From Candidatus Pelagibacter sp. (lineage in GTDB: Bacteria > Pseudomonadota > Alphaproteobacteria > Pelagibacterales > Pelagibacteraceae), in NCBI GenBank assembly GCA_002692055.1, contig NZJW01000015.1:27089-91088 (forward strand): 64,000 nt of DNA, in the 5' to 3' direction. The notes beneath the pieces were generated by a model that saw only the letters and a list, made by a program, of their open reading frames with translations, did not search any database and was not told where the DNA came from. This document shows, in pieces, positions 1 through 11,100 of the stretch (positions are counted from its first letter, which is position 1; each line of letters starts with the position of its first letter). Position numbers and translations under genes: made by a program.

Positions 1-188
1 GGCATTACAGGCTGACCTGGAAAATGACCTTGAAGAAAAAATTTATCAGTTTTAATTTTAAGATGACCTAAAGCCGACTTCATCGGTATAATATTGTATA
101 AATTGTCTATTAACAGCATAGGCTCTCTATGTGGCAATAACTCTTGTATCTGCTCTTTATTTATTGAGGGAAGTTTTTTATTTATCAT
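1..188 (-). CDS. fabZ: 3-hydroxyacyl-ACP dehydratase FabZ (5' part; runs off window)
   Basis: Manual translation from ATG at 188: MINKKLPSINKEQIQELLPHREPMLLID...FFLQGHFPGQPVMP. Contains the LPHR and GHFP..PVMP FabZ motifs and follows lpxD. Confidence 0.93.
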   Translation of the reverse strand, partial: MINKKLPSINKEQIQELLPHREPMLLIDNLYNIIPMKSALGHLKIKTDKFFLQGHFPGQPVM

Positions 189-1146
189 TATTTCTTTTTT
201 TTAAGAAGTCTCTTACGGGCATTGAAGGGAAACCAATTACTTTTGATCCATCTTTTAAATCATTAAGCACCCCCGAATGACCTCCAATATTAACATTATT
301 ACCTATTTTTAAGTGACCAGATATACCAGTTTGTCCACCAATCATACAGTTATCACCTATAATTGAGCTGCCAGCAATGCCAACCTGACCCGCAATAAAG
401 CAAAAAGAACCAATTTTTACATTATGAGCTATGTGCACAAGATTATCTATAATAGTATAGCGGCCTATAATCGTATCAGAAAAAGAACCTCTATCGATTG
501 TGCAGTTTGATCCTATATAAACATTTGCTAATAAGTTTACACATCCAATGTGTGGTATAAAGGTTAGTTTATTATTTATAATTTTAAATCCATATCCAAT
601 TTTACCTATTACTGAGCCATCATTAATGGTCACGTTGTTACCAATCATAGCATTAGAAATTGTGCAATTTGATCCTATAGTTACATTATTACCAATTATA
701 ACATTTTTTTTTAGTGTTGTGTTGCACCCCACACTAAAATTTGTACCTATTTTTACACTCGTATCAACTAATACATTTTTTTTTAAAAGATTCTTATATT
801 TTATGTTATTTTTAAACTTATAATTGTCATTATCTGAGTCTGGGTAAAATAACTTTGAGATTATAATAAAATCTAATAGTGGTTCTTCAGAAATTATCGG
901 TATACAATTTTTATTTAGTTGAGATTGAAATTTTTCTTTTATTAAACAAAATGATGCTTTTGTATTTTTCAATTTTTCGACATATTTTAAATTTTCAAAA
1001 AATGTTATATCGTTTTTTTTAGATTCATTTAAATTTGAAACATTTGATATTTTTTTTTTACTAAATTTTTTTTTTTTTGAAAAAATTGTTTTTTTTATTA
1101 TAAAATTAATATCGAATGGGCCTTTGTTAGAAAATAAAGATTTCAT
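178..1146 (-). CDS. lpxD: UDP-3-O-(3-hydroxymyristoyl)glucosamine N-acyltransferase
   Basis: Hexapeptide repeats, TIDRG and IDNLVHIAHNV motifs; located between bamA and fabZ. Confidence 0.95.
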   Translation of the reverse strand: MKSLFSNKGPFDINFIIKKTIFSKKKKFSKKKISNVSNLNESKKNDITFFENLKYVEKLKNTKASFCLIKEKFQSQLNKNCIPIISEEPLLDFIIISKLFYPDSDNDNYKFKNNIKYKNLLKKNVLVDTSVKIGTNFSVGCNTTLKKNVIIGNNVTIGSNCTISNAMIGNNVTINDGSVIGKIGYGFKIINNKLTFIPHIGCVNLLANVYIGSNCTIDRGSFSDTIIGRYTIIDNLVHIAHNVKIGSFCFIAGQVGIAGSSIIGDNCMIGGQTGISGHLKIGNNVNIGGHSGVLNDLKDGSKVIGFPSMPVRDFLKKRNNDK

Positions 1147-1154
1147 GATGAAAT

Positions 1155-3389
1155 TTAAAAATTGCTACCAATTTGAAAACTAAAATTTTCCTCTAAATCA
1201 CCGTCTGCCTTACTTATATTTTCAGATAATGTGACAGAAAGTGGTCCTAAAGGTGATACCCACTCAAGAGATATACCTGCAGAACTTCTCAATTTATTAC
1301 TATCAATTGAATCATCGAAATCAACACCCCAAACATTTCCAGTATCAAAAAAAAGGATACTTTTAGCATTCCAACTATCGGGTATTGGATTTGGTATTGT
1401 GGTTGATAAGCTTGCGTATGCTGAATAATTTCCGCCAATGTGATCTGTTCCGTCCTTCGGACCAACACCGTAGTTTTCAAAACCTCTTAGATTTGATTGT
1501 CTCAAAAATTTTCTATCACTAAGCTTTACATCATTATCATCTAAAGAATTTATTGAATTCAAACCACTTTTTAGACTAATAACATAATCATTTGAAATAG
1601 AATGATAAACAGCACCGCTAATGCTATTTTCTAAATAAGTTATATCACTTCCGGGTAAAGCCAATCCTTGACCAAAACCTAACCTGTATCCTTTGGTAGG
1701 TTGAAAACCACTATTTCTTTTATCATTTGTGATACTATAAAAACCTTTATAAGTTAAGTAATCACCTTCTCTCGATTGATACAAAGTTGAGGCAGACGGA
1801 TTAGTCTCGATTGAATCTAAGTCAACAGCAAATCCAGTTTTTAGACTTACATCTTCATAAACATTAAACTTAGTTGAAAAGACATTTCCTAATTTTTTAC
1901 TTTCATATCCAGAATTTGTATAATCAGTGCTCGTGGCAAAAATATTATAATTGAATATATTGTCAGTATTCATGAAGTCTGGAATCGAAAACCCAACATT
2001 ACCAGAAATTTTTTCAGTTCCAAAACTTACATTACTGTCAACAACAATACCTTTTCCAAATAAATTTTTTTCTACAATTGAAGAACTGATAGTACTGCCC
2101 GCTGAACCTACGCCAATACCAGCGGAAATAGAACCTGTTGGTTGCTCTTCTACAGAAATATTCAAGTCGACTTTTTCAGTATCAGAGTCTACTGTTTTAA
2201 ATTTAACGTCCTTGAATATCCTCAAGCTTTTTACTTTATCTATTGATTTGACAATTTTGTAATCTAAATAACTATCTCCTTCAGATAATAATAAATTTCT
2301 TCTTATAACACTTTCCTCAGTAATAGTGTTGCCACTTATATTAATTATATTAACAAATTTTCTTGGCTTTTTTACAAATCTGAACTCAACATCTAATTTA
2401 TCTTCATTAGACTTTTTTATTTTATTAAAAAAAGTGACAAATTCGATTTTTTTATTTCTTAAATATTCATTTAAAATATTATTAACATCGTCTAATTTTT
2501 TTTTTGAAAATTTACCCTTAATTTTTTTTTTAATTAATTTATTTATATCTTCTTTATTTTTTTTATTTAAATTATTTTCTTCATCTAATATTTCGTATTT
2601 TGAAAAATAATACTTATTACCAGAATTAATCGAAAAGGTTAAGTCTGCTTTATTATTGCCTATAAAATTAACATCAGAGGAAGTAATTTGAACATCATAA
2701 TAGCCATTATTTAAATAAAAACTCTTTAGTAACTTTTTATCAAAGTTAATTTGATTCTTATTAACTAAAGACGATGTTCCTAAAAATTTCCACCATCCAT
2801 CTTCGGAAGAAGAGATAACATCCGTTAATACGGAAGATTTAAATTTTTTATTACCAATAAAATATATTCTTTTAATTTGATATTTTTCTTTTCTATCAAT
2901 ATTGATAACAACGTTTAATGCATTGCCAGATATTTTTGAAATTTCAGTTTTAACTGTGACATCAAAATATCCACCGTCCTGATAAATTTCTTTAATCTTT
3001 TCAATATCTTTTTTAAGTAAAGCATCTGAAAAAATTTTATTTTGTCCAAGTGAAAGATTTTCATACAGAAAATCCTCACGTTTGTTGTTTATGACACCAT
3101 TTATATAAAAGAAATCAATTATTGGGTTTTCCTTAACAATTATATTAATTTTATTTTTTATTATTTTTATTGAAACATTAGAAAAGTAATTTGTATTAAA
3201 TAATTTTTTTTGAAACTCGTTAAGATCATCTACATTGTATTTTTTATTTTTTCTAAAATCAATAATATTTAAGATAGTTTCATTAGAAATTCTTTTGTTT
3301 CCTTCTATATTATATTTTATTTCTTCATTAGAAGAGGCATCAGGAAGTAAAAAACTAAATAAGATAATTAATTTAAACAGTATTTTCAT
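1155..3389 (-). CDS. bamA: Outer membrane protein assembly factor BamA
   Basis: Signal peptide, POTRA repeats (IEGNKRI, ISGNTIT..VIRR), LRGF motif, WVSPLGPL, C-terminal Phe. Confidence 0.95.
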   Translation of the reverse strand: MKILFKLIILFSFLLPDASSNEEIKYNIEGNKRISNETILNIIDFRKNKKYNVDDLNEFQKKLFNTNYFSNVSIKIIKNKINIIVKENPIIDFFYINGVINNKREDFLYENLSLGQNKIFSDALLKKDIEKIKEIYQDGGYFDVTVKTEISKISGNALNVVINIDRKEKYQIKRIYFIGNKKFKSSVLTDVISSSEDGWWKFLGTSSLVNKNQINFDKKLLKSFYLNNGYYDVQITSSDVNFIGNNKADLTFSINSGNKYYFSKYEILDEENNLNKKNKEDINKLIKKKIKGKFSKKKLDDVNNILNEYLRNKKIEFVTFFNKIKKSNEDKLDVEFRFVKKPRKFVNIINISGNTITEESVIRRNLLLSEGDSYLDYKIVKSIDKVKSLRIFKDVKFKTVDSDTEKVDLNISVEEQPTGSISAGIGVGSAGSTISSSIVEKNLFGKGIVVDSNVSFGTEKISGNVGFSIPDFMNTDNIFNYNIFATSTDYTNSGYESKKLGNVFSTKFNVYEDVSLKTGFAVDLDSIETNPSASTLYQSREGDYLTYKGFYSITNDKRNSGFQPTKGYRLGFGQGLALPGSDITYLENSISGAVYHSISNDYVISLKSGLNSINSLDDNDVKLSDRKFLRQSNLRGFENYGVGPKDGTDHIGGNYSAYASLSTTIPNPIPDSWNAKSILFFDTGNVWGVDFDDSIDSNKLRSSAGISLEWVSPLGPLSVTLSENISKADGDLEENFSFQIGSNF

Positions 3390-4495
3390 AATTTAACATC
3401 TTTTGCATATTTAATGGTATCAAATATATCTTTAATATTTTTAATTTTTTTTTTTGATTTTCTTAATAATACGTTGTGTTTAAATAATTTTACAAGTTTG
3501 TCTACAATTTCACCGTATTTAATCTCTTTTTTAAGGTATTTTTCTACAAGTCTTTCATTTAAAACAGTAAAAATAATGAAACCTGCCATCGAACAATACT
3601 TTAATATATAAAAACCCAATTTGACCAAAGGGAATTTTCTAATATTTACATCATAATATACCGAGCTAAATCTGTTTAAATTTATTTTTAGATTATCATT
3701 TAAGTCTAAACAATTAGCAATTGGTATCCTCATACTTGGATAATGGATGATCGGTATAATTATATTGTTTTTCAAACAGACAATGGCGTGTGTATTTGAT
3801 TTACTTTCAATTTTAATACCAAGTTTGCTATAAGGCAAATTAAATAAATTTTTTGCTTCAAATAATTCTAAAACTTTATTAGCAAAAGTTGACGAGTCCA
3901 CGCTAATTTTTTTACCCATCTTCCAATTTGGATGATCTATTACTTTATTTAGTTTTTCATCATATTTGATTTTTTTATTTAAAAAAGGTCCGCCAGATGC
4001 AGTCAAATAAATTTTCTTTATATCTTTTTTTAATTTAAATGATTTAAAAAATAGATCTATACAATGATGTTCGGAGTCAATAGGTAGAATTTCACATTTA
4101 TTTTTTTTGGCAAAATCTAAAAAAACTTTTCCTCCACAAACAATAGTTTCTTTATTTGCAATTAAAAGTTTTTTTGAAACTTTTGTTAATTCAAAATTAA
4201 TTTTTATTGCATCATATCCAGAAACACCAGAAATTACATAATCAATTTTTTTATTTTTTTTTAAGAATATATCTTTTGTTGTAAAATAATTTTTATTTTC
4301 AATTTTTTGTGTTCCATTGTTTTTAATTAAGAAAATATTTTTGGGTTTAAATTTTAAATATTGTTTTTTTAGTTTAATTAAATTTGTATTGGCTGCTAAA
4401 GAAACTAATTTAAAATTTTTTTTATTATTATTATAAACTTTTAATGCTGACTTACCTATAGATCCTGTAGACCCGATTATTGCTAATGTTTTCAT
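3386..4495 (-). CDS. dxr: 1-deoxy-D-xylulose 5-phosphate reductoisomerase (divergent C-terminal half)
   Basis: GSTGSIG, ANKE, PIDSEH, LTASGGPF and HPNWKMGKKISVDS motifs. Confidence 0.93.
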   Translation of the reverse strand: MKTLAIIGSTGSIGKSALKVYNNNKKNFKLVSLAANTNLIKLKKQYLKFKPKNIFLIKNNGTQKIENKNYFTTKDIFLKKNKKIDYVISGVSGYDAIKINFELTKVSKKLLIANKETIVCGGKVFLDFAKKNKCEILPIDSEHHCIDLFFKSFKLKKDIKKIYLTASGGPFLNKKIKYDEKLNKVIDHPNWKMGKKISVDSSTFANKVLELFEAKNLFNLPYSKLGIKIESKSNTHAIVCLKNNIIIPIIHYPSMRIPIANCLDLNDNLKINLNRFSSVYYDVNIRKFPLVKLGFYILKYCSMAGFIIFTVLNERLVEKYLKKEIKYGEIVDKLVKLFKHNVLLRKSKKKIKNIKDIFDTIKYAKDVKL

Positions 4496-5115
4496 TTAAT
4501 ATAATAAATTATGTTAAATACTATAATTAATAAGATATAACCATCAAGTCTATCAAGTATACCTCCATGTCCAGGCATAAAATTTGAATAGTCTTTAATT
4601 TTATTCAATCGCTTAAAATATGAAAATAATAAATCTCCCAATACAACAATCAAGGTACAGAAAAATAAAAATAAAATATTATAATATAATTTAGGAAACA
4701 AATTTATTTCAAAATATTGAATATAAAATAAATTTAATTGTACTAAAATAATACTCCCGAAAAAACCAGAGATAGTTTTATTCGGACTAATAAAATTAAT
4801 TTTTCTTCCCCCGAATAATTTGCCAGAAATATAACCACCAGTATCAGAGCACCATGTAATAAATGTTAAAAGGAAAATTATTTCCAAACCGTAGTCTTGA
4901 TTTCTAATATTATAAAAAGAATATAAAAAAATAAATAAAATTGAAGTTATTATAAGTTTAGAATTTAATAACTGAAGTTTTAGAATTTCATAAAAACTAA
5001 TTGCAAATATAAAAAAAATTAAAAAATTAAAAAACACACCACCTTCATATAAAGGAAATATAAATACTGGAATTAAAAAAAAAATTGATAAAATTCTCTT
5101 AATTAAATTATTCAT
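4492..5115 (-). CDS. cdsA: Phosphatidate cytidylyltransferase
   Basis: Membrane protein with SPNKT, GDL..S..KR...IKD and PGHGGILDRLD motifs. Confidence 0.95.
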   Translation of the reverse strand: MNNLIKRILSIFFLIPVFIFPLYEGGVFFNFLIFFIFAISFYEILKLQLLNSKLIITSILFIFLYSFYNIRNQDYGLEIIFLLTFITWCSDTGGYISGKLFGGRKINFISPNKTISGFFGSIILVQLNLFYIQYFEINLFPKLYYNILFLFFCTLIVVLGDLLFSYFKRLNKIKDYSNFMPGHGGILDRLDGYILLIIVFNIIYYIK

Positions 5116-5795
5116 TATTTACCAAAATTTCTTTTTATTTTATTAAATTTAATAAGAATATTTTCTAAATCTTTAACTTTAAAGTCCGGCCAAAACTTTG
5201 TAACAAAAAATAATTCAGAGTATGCTGCCTGCCACAATAAAAAATCACTTAATCTTTTAAAGCCTCCAGTTCTAATAATAATTTCAGGGTGTCCGCTGAC
5301 TTTAGTAAATAAATAACTTTCTAAATTTTTGATATTTATTTTTTTCTTATACTTGAGAATTTTTTTCATCGCATTTAAAATTTCAATTTTTGAGCTATAA
5401 TTAATAGCGACATTTAATGTTAGCTTTTTTTTTAAAAATCTTAATTTTTTTTCACTTAAAAGTAAAATTTTTCTAAGACTGCTTGGAAGTAAATTCAATT
5501 CGCCTATGAAGTTAATTTTTACTTTATTTTTTTTAAAGTACTCAATGTTTGTTTCTAAATATTTTTTTAACAAACCAAATATATTATTTATTTCATATTT
5601 ATTTCTCTTAACTAAATTATCTTTTGAAAGTGCGTAAATAGTTAGATTGGATATTTCTTTAGAAAGACAATATTCTATGATTTTTTTTATATTTTTAATT
5701 CCCTTTTCATGACCCAGCAATCTATTGTTATATTTTTTTTTACCCCATCTGCCATTACCATCCATGATAATAGCAATATGATTTGGCAAATTCAT
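5115..5795 (-). CDS. uppS: Undecaprenyl diphosphate synthase
   Basis: HIAIIMDGNGRW and IRTGG..RLSDFLLWQ motifs. Confidence 0.96.
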   Translation of the reverse strand: MNLPNHIAIIMDGNGRWGKKKYNNRLLGHEKGIKNIKKIIEYCLSKEISNLTIYALSKDNLVKRNKYEINNIFGLLKKYLETNIEYFKKNKVKINFIGELNLLPSSLRKILLLSEKKLRFLKKKLTLNVAINYSSKIEILNAMKKILKYKKKINIKNLESYLFTKVSGHPEIIIRTGGFKRLSDFLLWQAAYSELFFVTKFWPDFKVKDLENILIKFNKIKRNFGK

Positions 5796-6352
5796 ACTTT
5801 TAGAATTTCTTGGTCTTTTTCTTTAATTTTATTATCAATTTTTTTTATGTATTCGTCTGTAATTTTTTGAAGATCATTAGAAAGTTTTTTATTTTCATCT
5901 TCGCTAATAATCTTATTTTTTTCTTGAGATTTTAGAAAATCCATTCCACTTCTTCTTATATTTCTAATTGAGATTTTATTTTTTTCAGACTGTTGATTGA
6001 CAATCTTCGAGAGTTCTTTTCTTCTTTCCTCACTTAATTTTGGAACGGGTATCCTTAAAATTTGTCCATCGATTAAAGGATTTAAATTTAAATCACTTTC
6101 TCTTAATGCCTTCTCACAAAATTTGACATTGTTATTATCCCAAAGTTGTATTGTTAAAGTTTGAGGGTCGGAGACACTAATTGTTCCTATTTGGTTAATA
6201 GGCATGAATTGACCATACACTTCAACTTTAATTAAATCTAGCATTGATGTGTGTGCCCGTCCTGTTCGAATTGTAGACAAATCTTTTATAAGAGAAGATA
6301 AAGACTCTTCCATTTTTAACTGGAATGAATTTAAACTATTATCTATTTTCAT
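5792..6352 (-). CDS. frr: Ribosome recycling factor
   Basis: IRTGRA, P.LSEERRKEL and IRNIRR motifs. Confidence 0.97.
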   Translation of the reverse strand: MKIDNSLNSFQLKMEESLSSLIKDLSTIRTGRAHTSMLDLIKVEVYGQFMPINQIGTISVSDPQTLTIQLWDNNNVKFCEKALRESDLNLNPLIDGQILRIPVPKLSEERRKELSKIVNQQSEKNKISIRNIRRSGMDFLKSQEKNKIISEDENKKLSNDLQKITDEYIKKIDNKIKEKDQEILKV

Positions 6353-6356
6353 TGTC

Positions 6357-7259
6357 TTATTTTGTTAAAGATTTAACCTCTTCACTAAAGTCAATTTTTT
6401 TAACCTCTATACCTTCGCCAACTTTAAATCTTAAAAAATCTATTATTTCAAAACTGTCAGACTTATCTTTATTGTGTTTCTCAATTGCTTTGGAGACTGA
6501 TAATTCTTGATCAATTACCCAATTTTGATTTAATAATGTATTTTCTGATATTATCTTGCTTAATTTTCCCTTTATGATTTTTTCTAAAATCTCTGGTTTT
6601 TTGCCACTTTTATCAATTTGCTCTGCTATAATTTTTTTCTCTTTATTCACGAAATCAGGATCCAAATTTTTTTCGCTAAGAGCCATTGGAGTCATTGCTG
6701 CTATGTGCATGCATACATCTGTTGCAAATTTTACACTTTTTTCGTTTGTAGATTTATATTTTACTGCTGATATTATTTTTCCTGAAACGTTATTTGCTTT
6801 GTTGTGTATATAAGATGCCAATCTATAATTATCTTTAACTATTTTTTTAAATCTTCTTAATTTAATATTTTCTCCGATTTTTGAAACTAAGCTTACAATA
6901 TTATCTTTAACTGGAATCCCGCTCATTAAAAGATTATTTAACTCATCTAAATTATTTGCTTTAGTACAACATTTCGATAATTTGGAACAGAAATTTAAAA
7001 ATTCTTCATTTTTTGCTACAAAATCTGTTTCTGTGTTAACTTCGATTAAGGTTAAATTGTTTTCATCCTCTCCTGAAATAATAAGACCTTCAGCGGCATC
7101 CCTTGAACTTTTTTTTGCTGCTTTTAAAATACCCTTTTTCCTTAAGTACTCTATAGACTTTTCAATATTATTATCATTCTCCTTAAGGGCATTTTTACAA
7201 TCTTGCATACCTGCTCCTGTTACTTCTCGTAACTCTTTTACTTTTTCAAGAACTGACAT
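6357..7259 (-). CDS. tsf: Translation elongation factor Ts
   Basis: VKELREVTGAGMQDCK and EVNTETDFVAKN motifs. Confidence 0.97.
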   Translation of the reverse strand: MSVLEKVKELREVTGAGMQDCKNALKENDNNIEKSIEYLRKKGILKAAKKSSRDAAEGLIISGEDENNLTLIEVNTETDFVAKNEEFLNFCSKLSKCCTKANNLDELNNLLMSGIPVKDNIVSLVSKIGENIKLRRFKKIVKDNYRLASYIHNKANNVSGKIISAVKYKSTNEKSVKFATDVCMHIAAMTPMALSEKNLDPDFVNKEKKIIAEQIDKSGKKPEILEKIIKGKLSKIISENTLLNQNWVIDQELSVSKAIEKHNKDKSDSFEIIDFLRFKVGEGIEVKKIDFSEEVKSLTK

Positions 7260-7261
7260 TT

Positions 7262-8065
7262 TTATTTTTTTCCCTTAAAAGTTTTACTATTTATATCATT
7301 TTTATTAATTGTAATTTTATTTTTTTCTGATTGATTTTCTTTTATTTTTTCAGGCCTATCATCTTTTACCAAAATCTTTATGTTTTTTTTAGCGTCGATA
7401 ATTGTTTTTTTGATTAAATCGCAATAAAGATTTATTGACCTTCTCGCGTCATCATTGCCTGGTATTGGAAAGTTAATATTATCAGGGTCAGAGTTGCTAT
7501 CTAATATACCAATAATTGGAATATTTAATTTCTTTGCTTCTAGAATAGCTAGAGACTCGATGTTTGTATCAATTACAAAAATTATATTTGGTAGTTTTTT
7601 CATTTCAGATATGCCACCTAATGATCTTTCTAATTTTTCTTTTTCTAAATTCATTTTAATCAATTCTTTTTTTGTGAAACCTGAGTCTTCTTCTAAGAGG
7701 TTTTTTTTTAGATTTTTTAATCTTTTAATTGATTTACTAATTGTATTCCAATTTGTAAGCATACCGCCTAGCCATCTGAAATTCACATAATAATTATCTG
7801 TTTCTTTGGCAACATCTGCTATTAATTCTGATGCTTGTTTTTTAGTAGAAACGAACAGGACTTTACCGCCTGATGAAACTGACTTATGCAGCTCTACTAA
7901 AGCATTTTTTAACAACTCCAAGGTTTTTGACAAATCAATGATATGAATGGAGTTCTTTTCTCCAAAAATATATTTTTTCATTTTCGGATTCCATCTAAAA
8001 GTCTTATGACCTAAATGAACGCCTGCTTCTAACAGGTCTTTAACTGTTACTTCTGGTAAATTCAT
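7262..8065 (-). CDS. rpsB: 30S ribosomal protein S2
   Basis: LLEAGVHLGH..RWNPKM, RWLGGMLTN, PGNDDA. Start placed at ATG 8065 after an AAAGGA SD; the ORF-track extension to 8122 overlaps the leader RNA. Confidence 0.97.
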   Translation of the reverse strand: MNLPEVTVKDLLEAGVHLGHKTFRWNPKMKKYIFGEKNSIHIIDLSKTLELLKNALVELHKSVSSGGKVLFVSTKKQASELIADVAKETDNYYVNFRWLGGMLTNWNTISKSIKRLKNLKKNLLEEDSGFTKKELIKMNLEKEKLERSLGGISEMKKLPNIIFVIDTNIESLAILEAKKLNIPIIGILDSNSDPDNINFPIPGNDDARRSINLYCDLIKKTIIDAKKNIKILVKDDRPEKIKENQSEKNKITINKNDINSKTFKGKK

Positions 8066-8069
8066 ACTT

Positions 8070-8145
8070 TCCTTTCCGGTTAATCCTCCAAAGAAACTAC
8101 TGCTTAAGCAGACCGGGGGCATTTAGCCAGATTCTTTGTGTGTTT
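8070..8145 (-). ncRNA. rpsB (S2) autoregulatory leader RNA, t44-like
   Basis: Minus strand reads ACACAC-AAAGAA...UUCUUU-GGAGGAUUAACC, the same layout as the E. coli rpsB leader (CACACAC...GGAGGCAUAACC), with an internal CUGC-UUAA-GCAG hairpin. Putative promoter TTGAAA(8181-8176)-N16-TATAAG(8159-8154). Confidence 0.8.
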
Positions 8146-8193
8146 TTTTTAGGCTTATATAATTGAAAAATTAAATTTCAATATAAAATTTAG

Positions 8194-11100
8194 CTAAAAA
8201 CTAGATTTTACGCTGTTATTTTTTAAGAATTCTATGTCTTTTTGAGAAACTTTGAGTTTTGAATTTAAATTAAAAGAATAACGATTTAAAAACTCATCTT
8301 CGAAAATTATACTTACCTCAGATGACCCTTTTTGATTTAATGTTTCTTTTATCAATAACAATGAACGTAAATTTTTAATTTCAAAGGTTACTTTTTCTAT
8401 ATTTCTATTTTTCAGATCATTAATTAAAAAAATATTATCTAAATTTACACGCTCAATACCTTCTTTTGTTTTTTCTTTTTTGACCTTGATAAGAAAAGAA
8501 TTGCCAATTAGCAGAGTATTTCTATTTTCAATTAACTTTTCCGAAAATATGAATAGCTCAAACATCGAGCCCAAATCCACAAACTTAATTATAGCATATG
8601 GATTACCTTTTGCGGTTTTCTTTTCTTGAATAGAAATTAATGTTCCTGCAATCATTCCATTGATATTATTTTTATCTTCTTTAAGAGCTGTATATGAAAT
8701 TACATTATACTGTTGTAATATTTCTAAATTTGATTTTAGGGGGTGTTCACCTACAAAAAAACCAATAGACTCAAATTCCTTCTTGATTTTATCATTTTGA
8801 TCCCAATCTATAATTCCAACATCACTTTTATAATCATTATGATCAAGATCTTGAGAAAACAGTAAGTTTTGTTTATCACCATTTAATTGATCAGATGATT
8901 TTGATTGCTTTAAATAATTCGGAACATTATCAAAAAGTTTTTTTCTATTTTTATCTAAGGTATCTAATGCACCTGATTTGATTAAGCTTTCTAATTGTAA
9001 CTTGTTTAGGTTTTTGCTTTCAGTTCTGCTTAAGAAATTAGTTAGTGAATTAAACGAACCATTTTTTTCCCTTTCCTTTACTATGTTAGATATTGCTTCA
9101 AAACCTACAGCTTTAATAGCTGACAAAGCATAATATATAGTTTTTTTTCTTGGTAGAAATTCAGCAAAAGAATAGTTGATATTGGGAGCTCTAATATCTA
9201 TTTTCAATCTTTTTAACTCCTCATAAAACAAATTTAATTTGTCAGTATTTGAAAGTTCTGTATTCATTGAGGCGCAAAAAAAATAAATTGGGTAGTGAGT
9301 TTTTAAATAGGCTGTTTGAAAGGCAATTAATGCGTATGCAGCGGCGTGGCTTTTATTAAAACCGTATTGTGCAAATTTTTCTACAAGTTGAAAAATATAA
9401 TTAGCCTGATCCTTTGTTATTCCATTGCTTACAGCCCCTTCAATAAAATCTTTTTTTTGTCTTTCCATTTCTGCAGATTTTTTTTTACCCATGGCTTTTC
9501 TCAGAATATCAGCTTTACTTGCACTAAAATTAGATAGCGCTTGTGCAATTTGCATTACTTGCTCTTGATAAATAATTACCCCGTAAGTTTCCTTTAAAAT
9601 ATTTTTTAATTTTTCATGTAAATAATCTGGTTGTTCTTTTTCGTGTTTTCTGGCTATATAAGTTGGAATATTTTGCATTGGTCCAGGTCTATAAAGCGCT
9701 ACTAGTGCTATTATATCTTCAAATTTATTTGGTTTTAACTGTTTTAAGACCTCTCTCATACCTGAGCTTTCAAGTTGAAAGATACCCATTGTTTCTCCTG
9801 AACTTAATAATTCAAAAGTACTCTTATCTGATAAATCAATTTCACTTATATCAAAATTTGAGTCATCTTTATGAATAAATTCTATAGTTTTTTTTATTAC
9901 AGTCAGCGTTTTTAAACCAAGAAAATCAAATTTAACCAAACCAGTTTCTTCAGAAGACTTCATATCAAATTGTGTAACTGGAATTGGCAAAGTAGATGAT
10001 AAATCTTTATATAGTGGCACCAACTCATCTAAATCTCTGTCACCTATAACCACTCCTGCTGCGTGTGTTGCAACATTTCTATAAAGTCCTTCAAGTTGTA
10101 ATGAGTAACTTATTAGCTTCTTTATAACTGGATCGTTTTTTTCCTCTTTTTGCAGTCTTGGCTCAATAGCGATCGATTCAGCTAATGATAAAGGCCTCGA
10201 TGGATCAAAAGGTATCATCTTACAAAGTTGATCAACTCTGCCATAAGGCAAACCTAGTACTCTCCCGATATCCCTGAGTGCCATTCTGGCCTGTAGTTTT
10301 CCAAATGTTATAATTTGTGCAACTTTATTTGGATACTTGTTTTTAACATATTTTATAACTTCATCTCTCCCCTCCTGACAAAAGTCTATATCAAAATCTG
10401 GCATCGAAATTCTATCTGGGTTCAAAAAACGCTCAAAAATTAATCCAAATCTAATTGGATCTAAATCTGTAATTGATAGACACCACGCTACTAAAGAACC
10501 TGCGCCAGAACCTCTTCCTGGTCCAACTGGTATGTTATTTGACTTAGCCCAATTTATGTAATCAGATACAATTAAAAAATAACCTGAAAATTTCATATTT
10601 GAAATTACAGAAACTTCATATTCAAGTCTACTATGATATATTTTTTTTATATTTACCTTTTCATCGTGTTTTTCTAATCTAGAATATACAAACTTCTCTA
10701 ATCTCTCTGCAAGTCCTTCTTGAGCTTTATCTTTTAATACTTTGTTTACGTCATTATCTTCATTAATAAATGAGGGTAGAAGGGGTCTACTTTTTTTTGG
10801 ATAATAGCTAAATCTATATTTAAAATTTTTATTATTTTCTAATGCATCAGGCAAATCTTTGAAGAGTTCAGATAATTGATCTGAAGACTTAAAATAGTGC
10901 TGATCTGAATATTGTAATCTATTTTTTTCATAAACATAACTTTTTTCTCCAACACATATATATGCGTCATGTGCCTCATATTCGTTTTTATTTAAATAAA
11001 AGACTTCACTTGTGGCTATCAAAGGTATTTCAAGTTCTGACGCAACTTTAATAAGTTTCTTTTCAAGTTGTAATTCATGAAGCTCGTTGTGTCTTTGAAT

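Noticed and set aside
8066-8122. 19-aa N-terminal extension of RpsB in the ORF track
   Set aside because: It overlaps the S2 leader RNA; the SD precedes ATG 8065.
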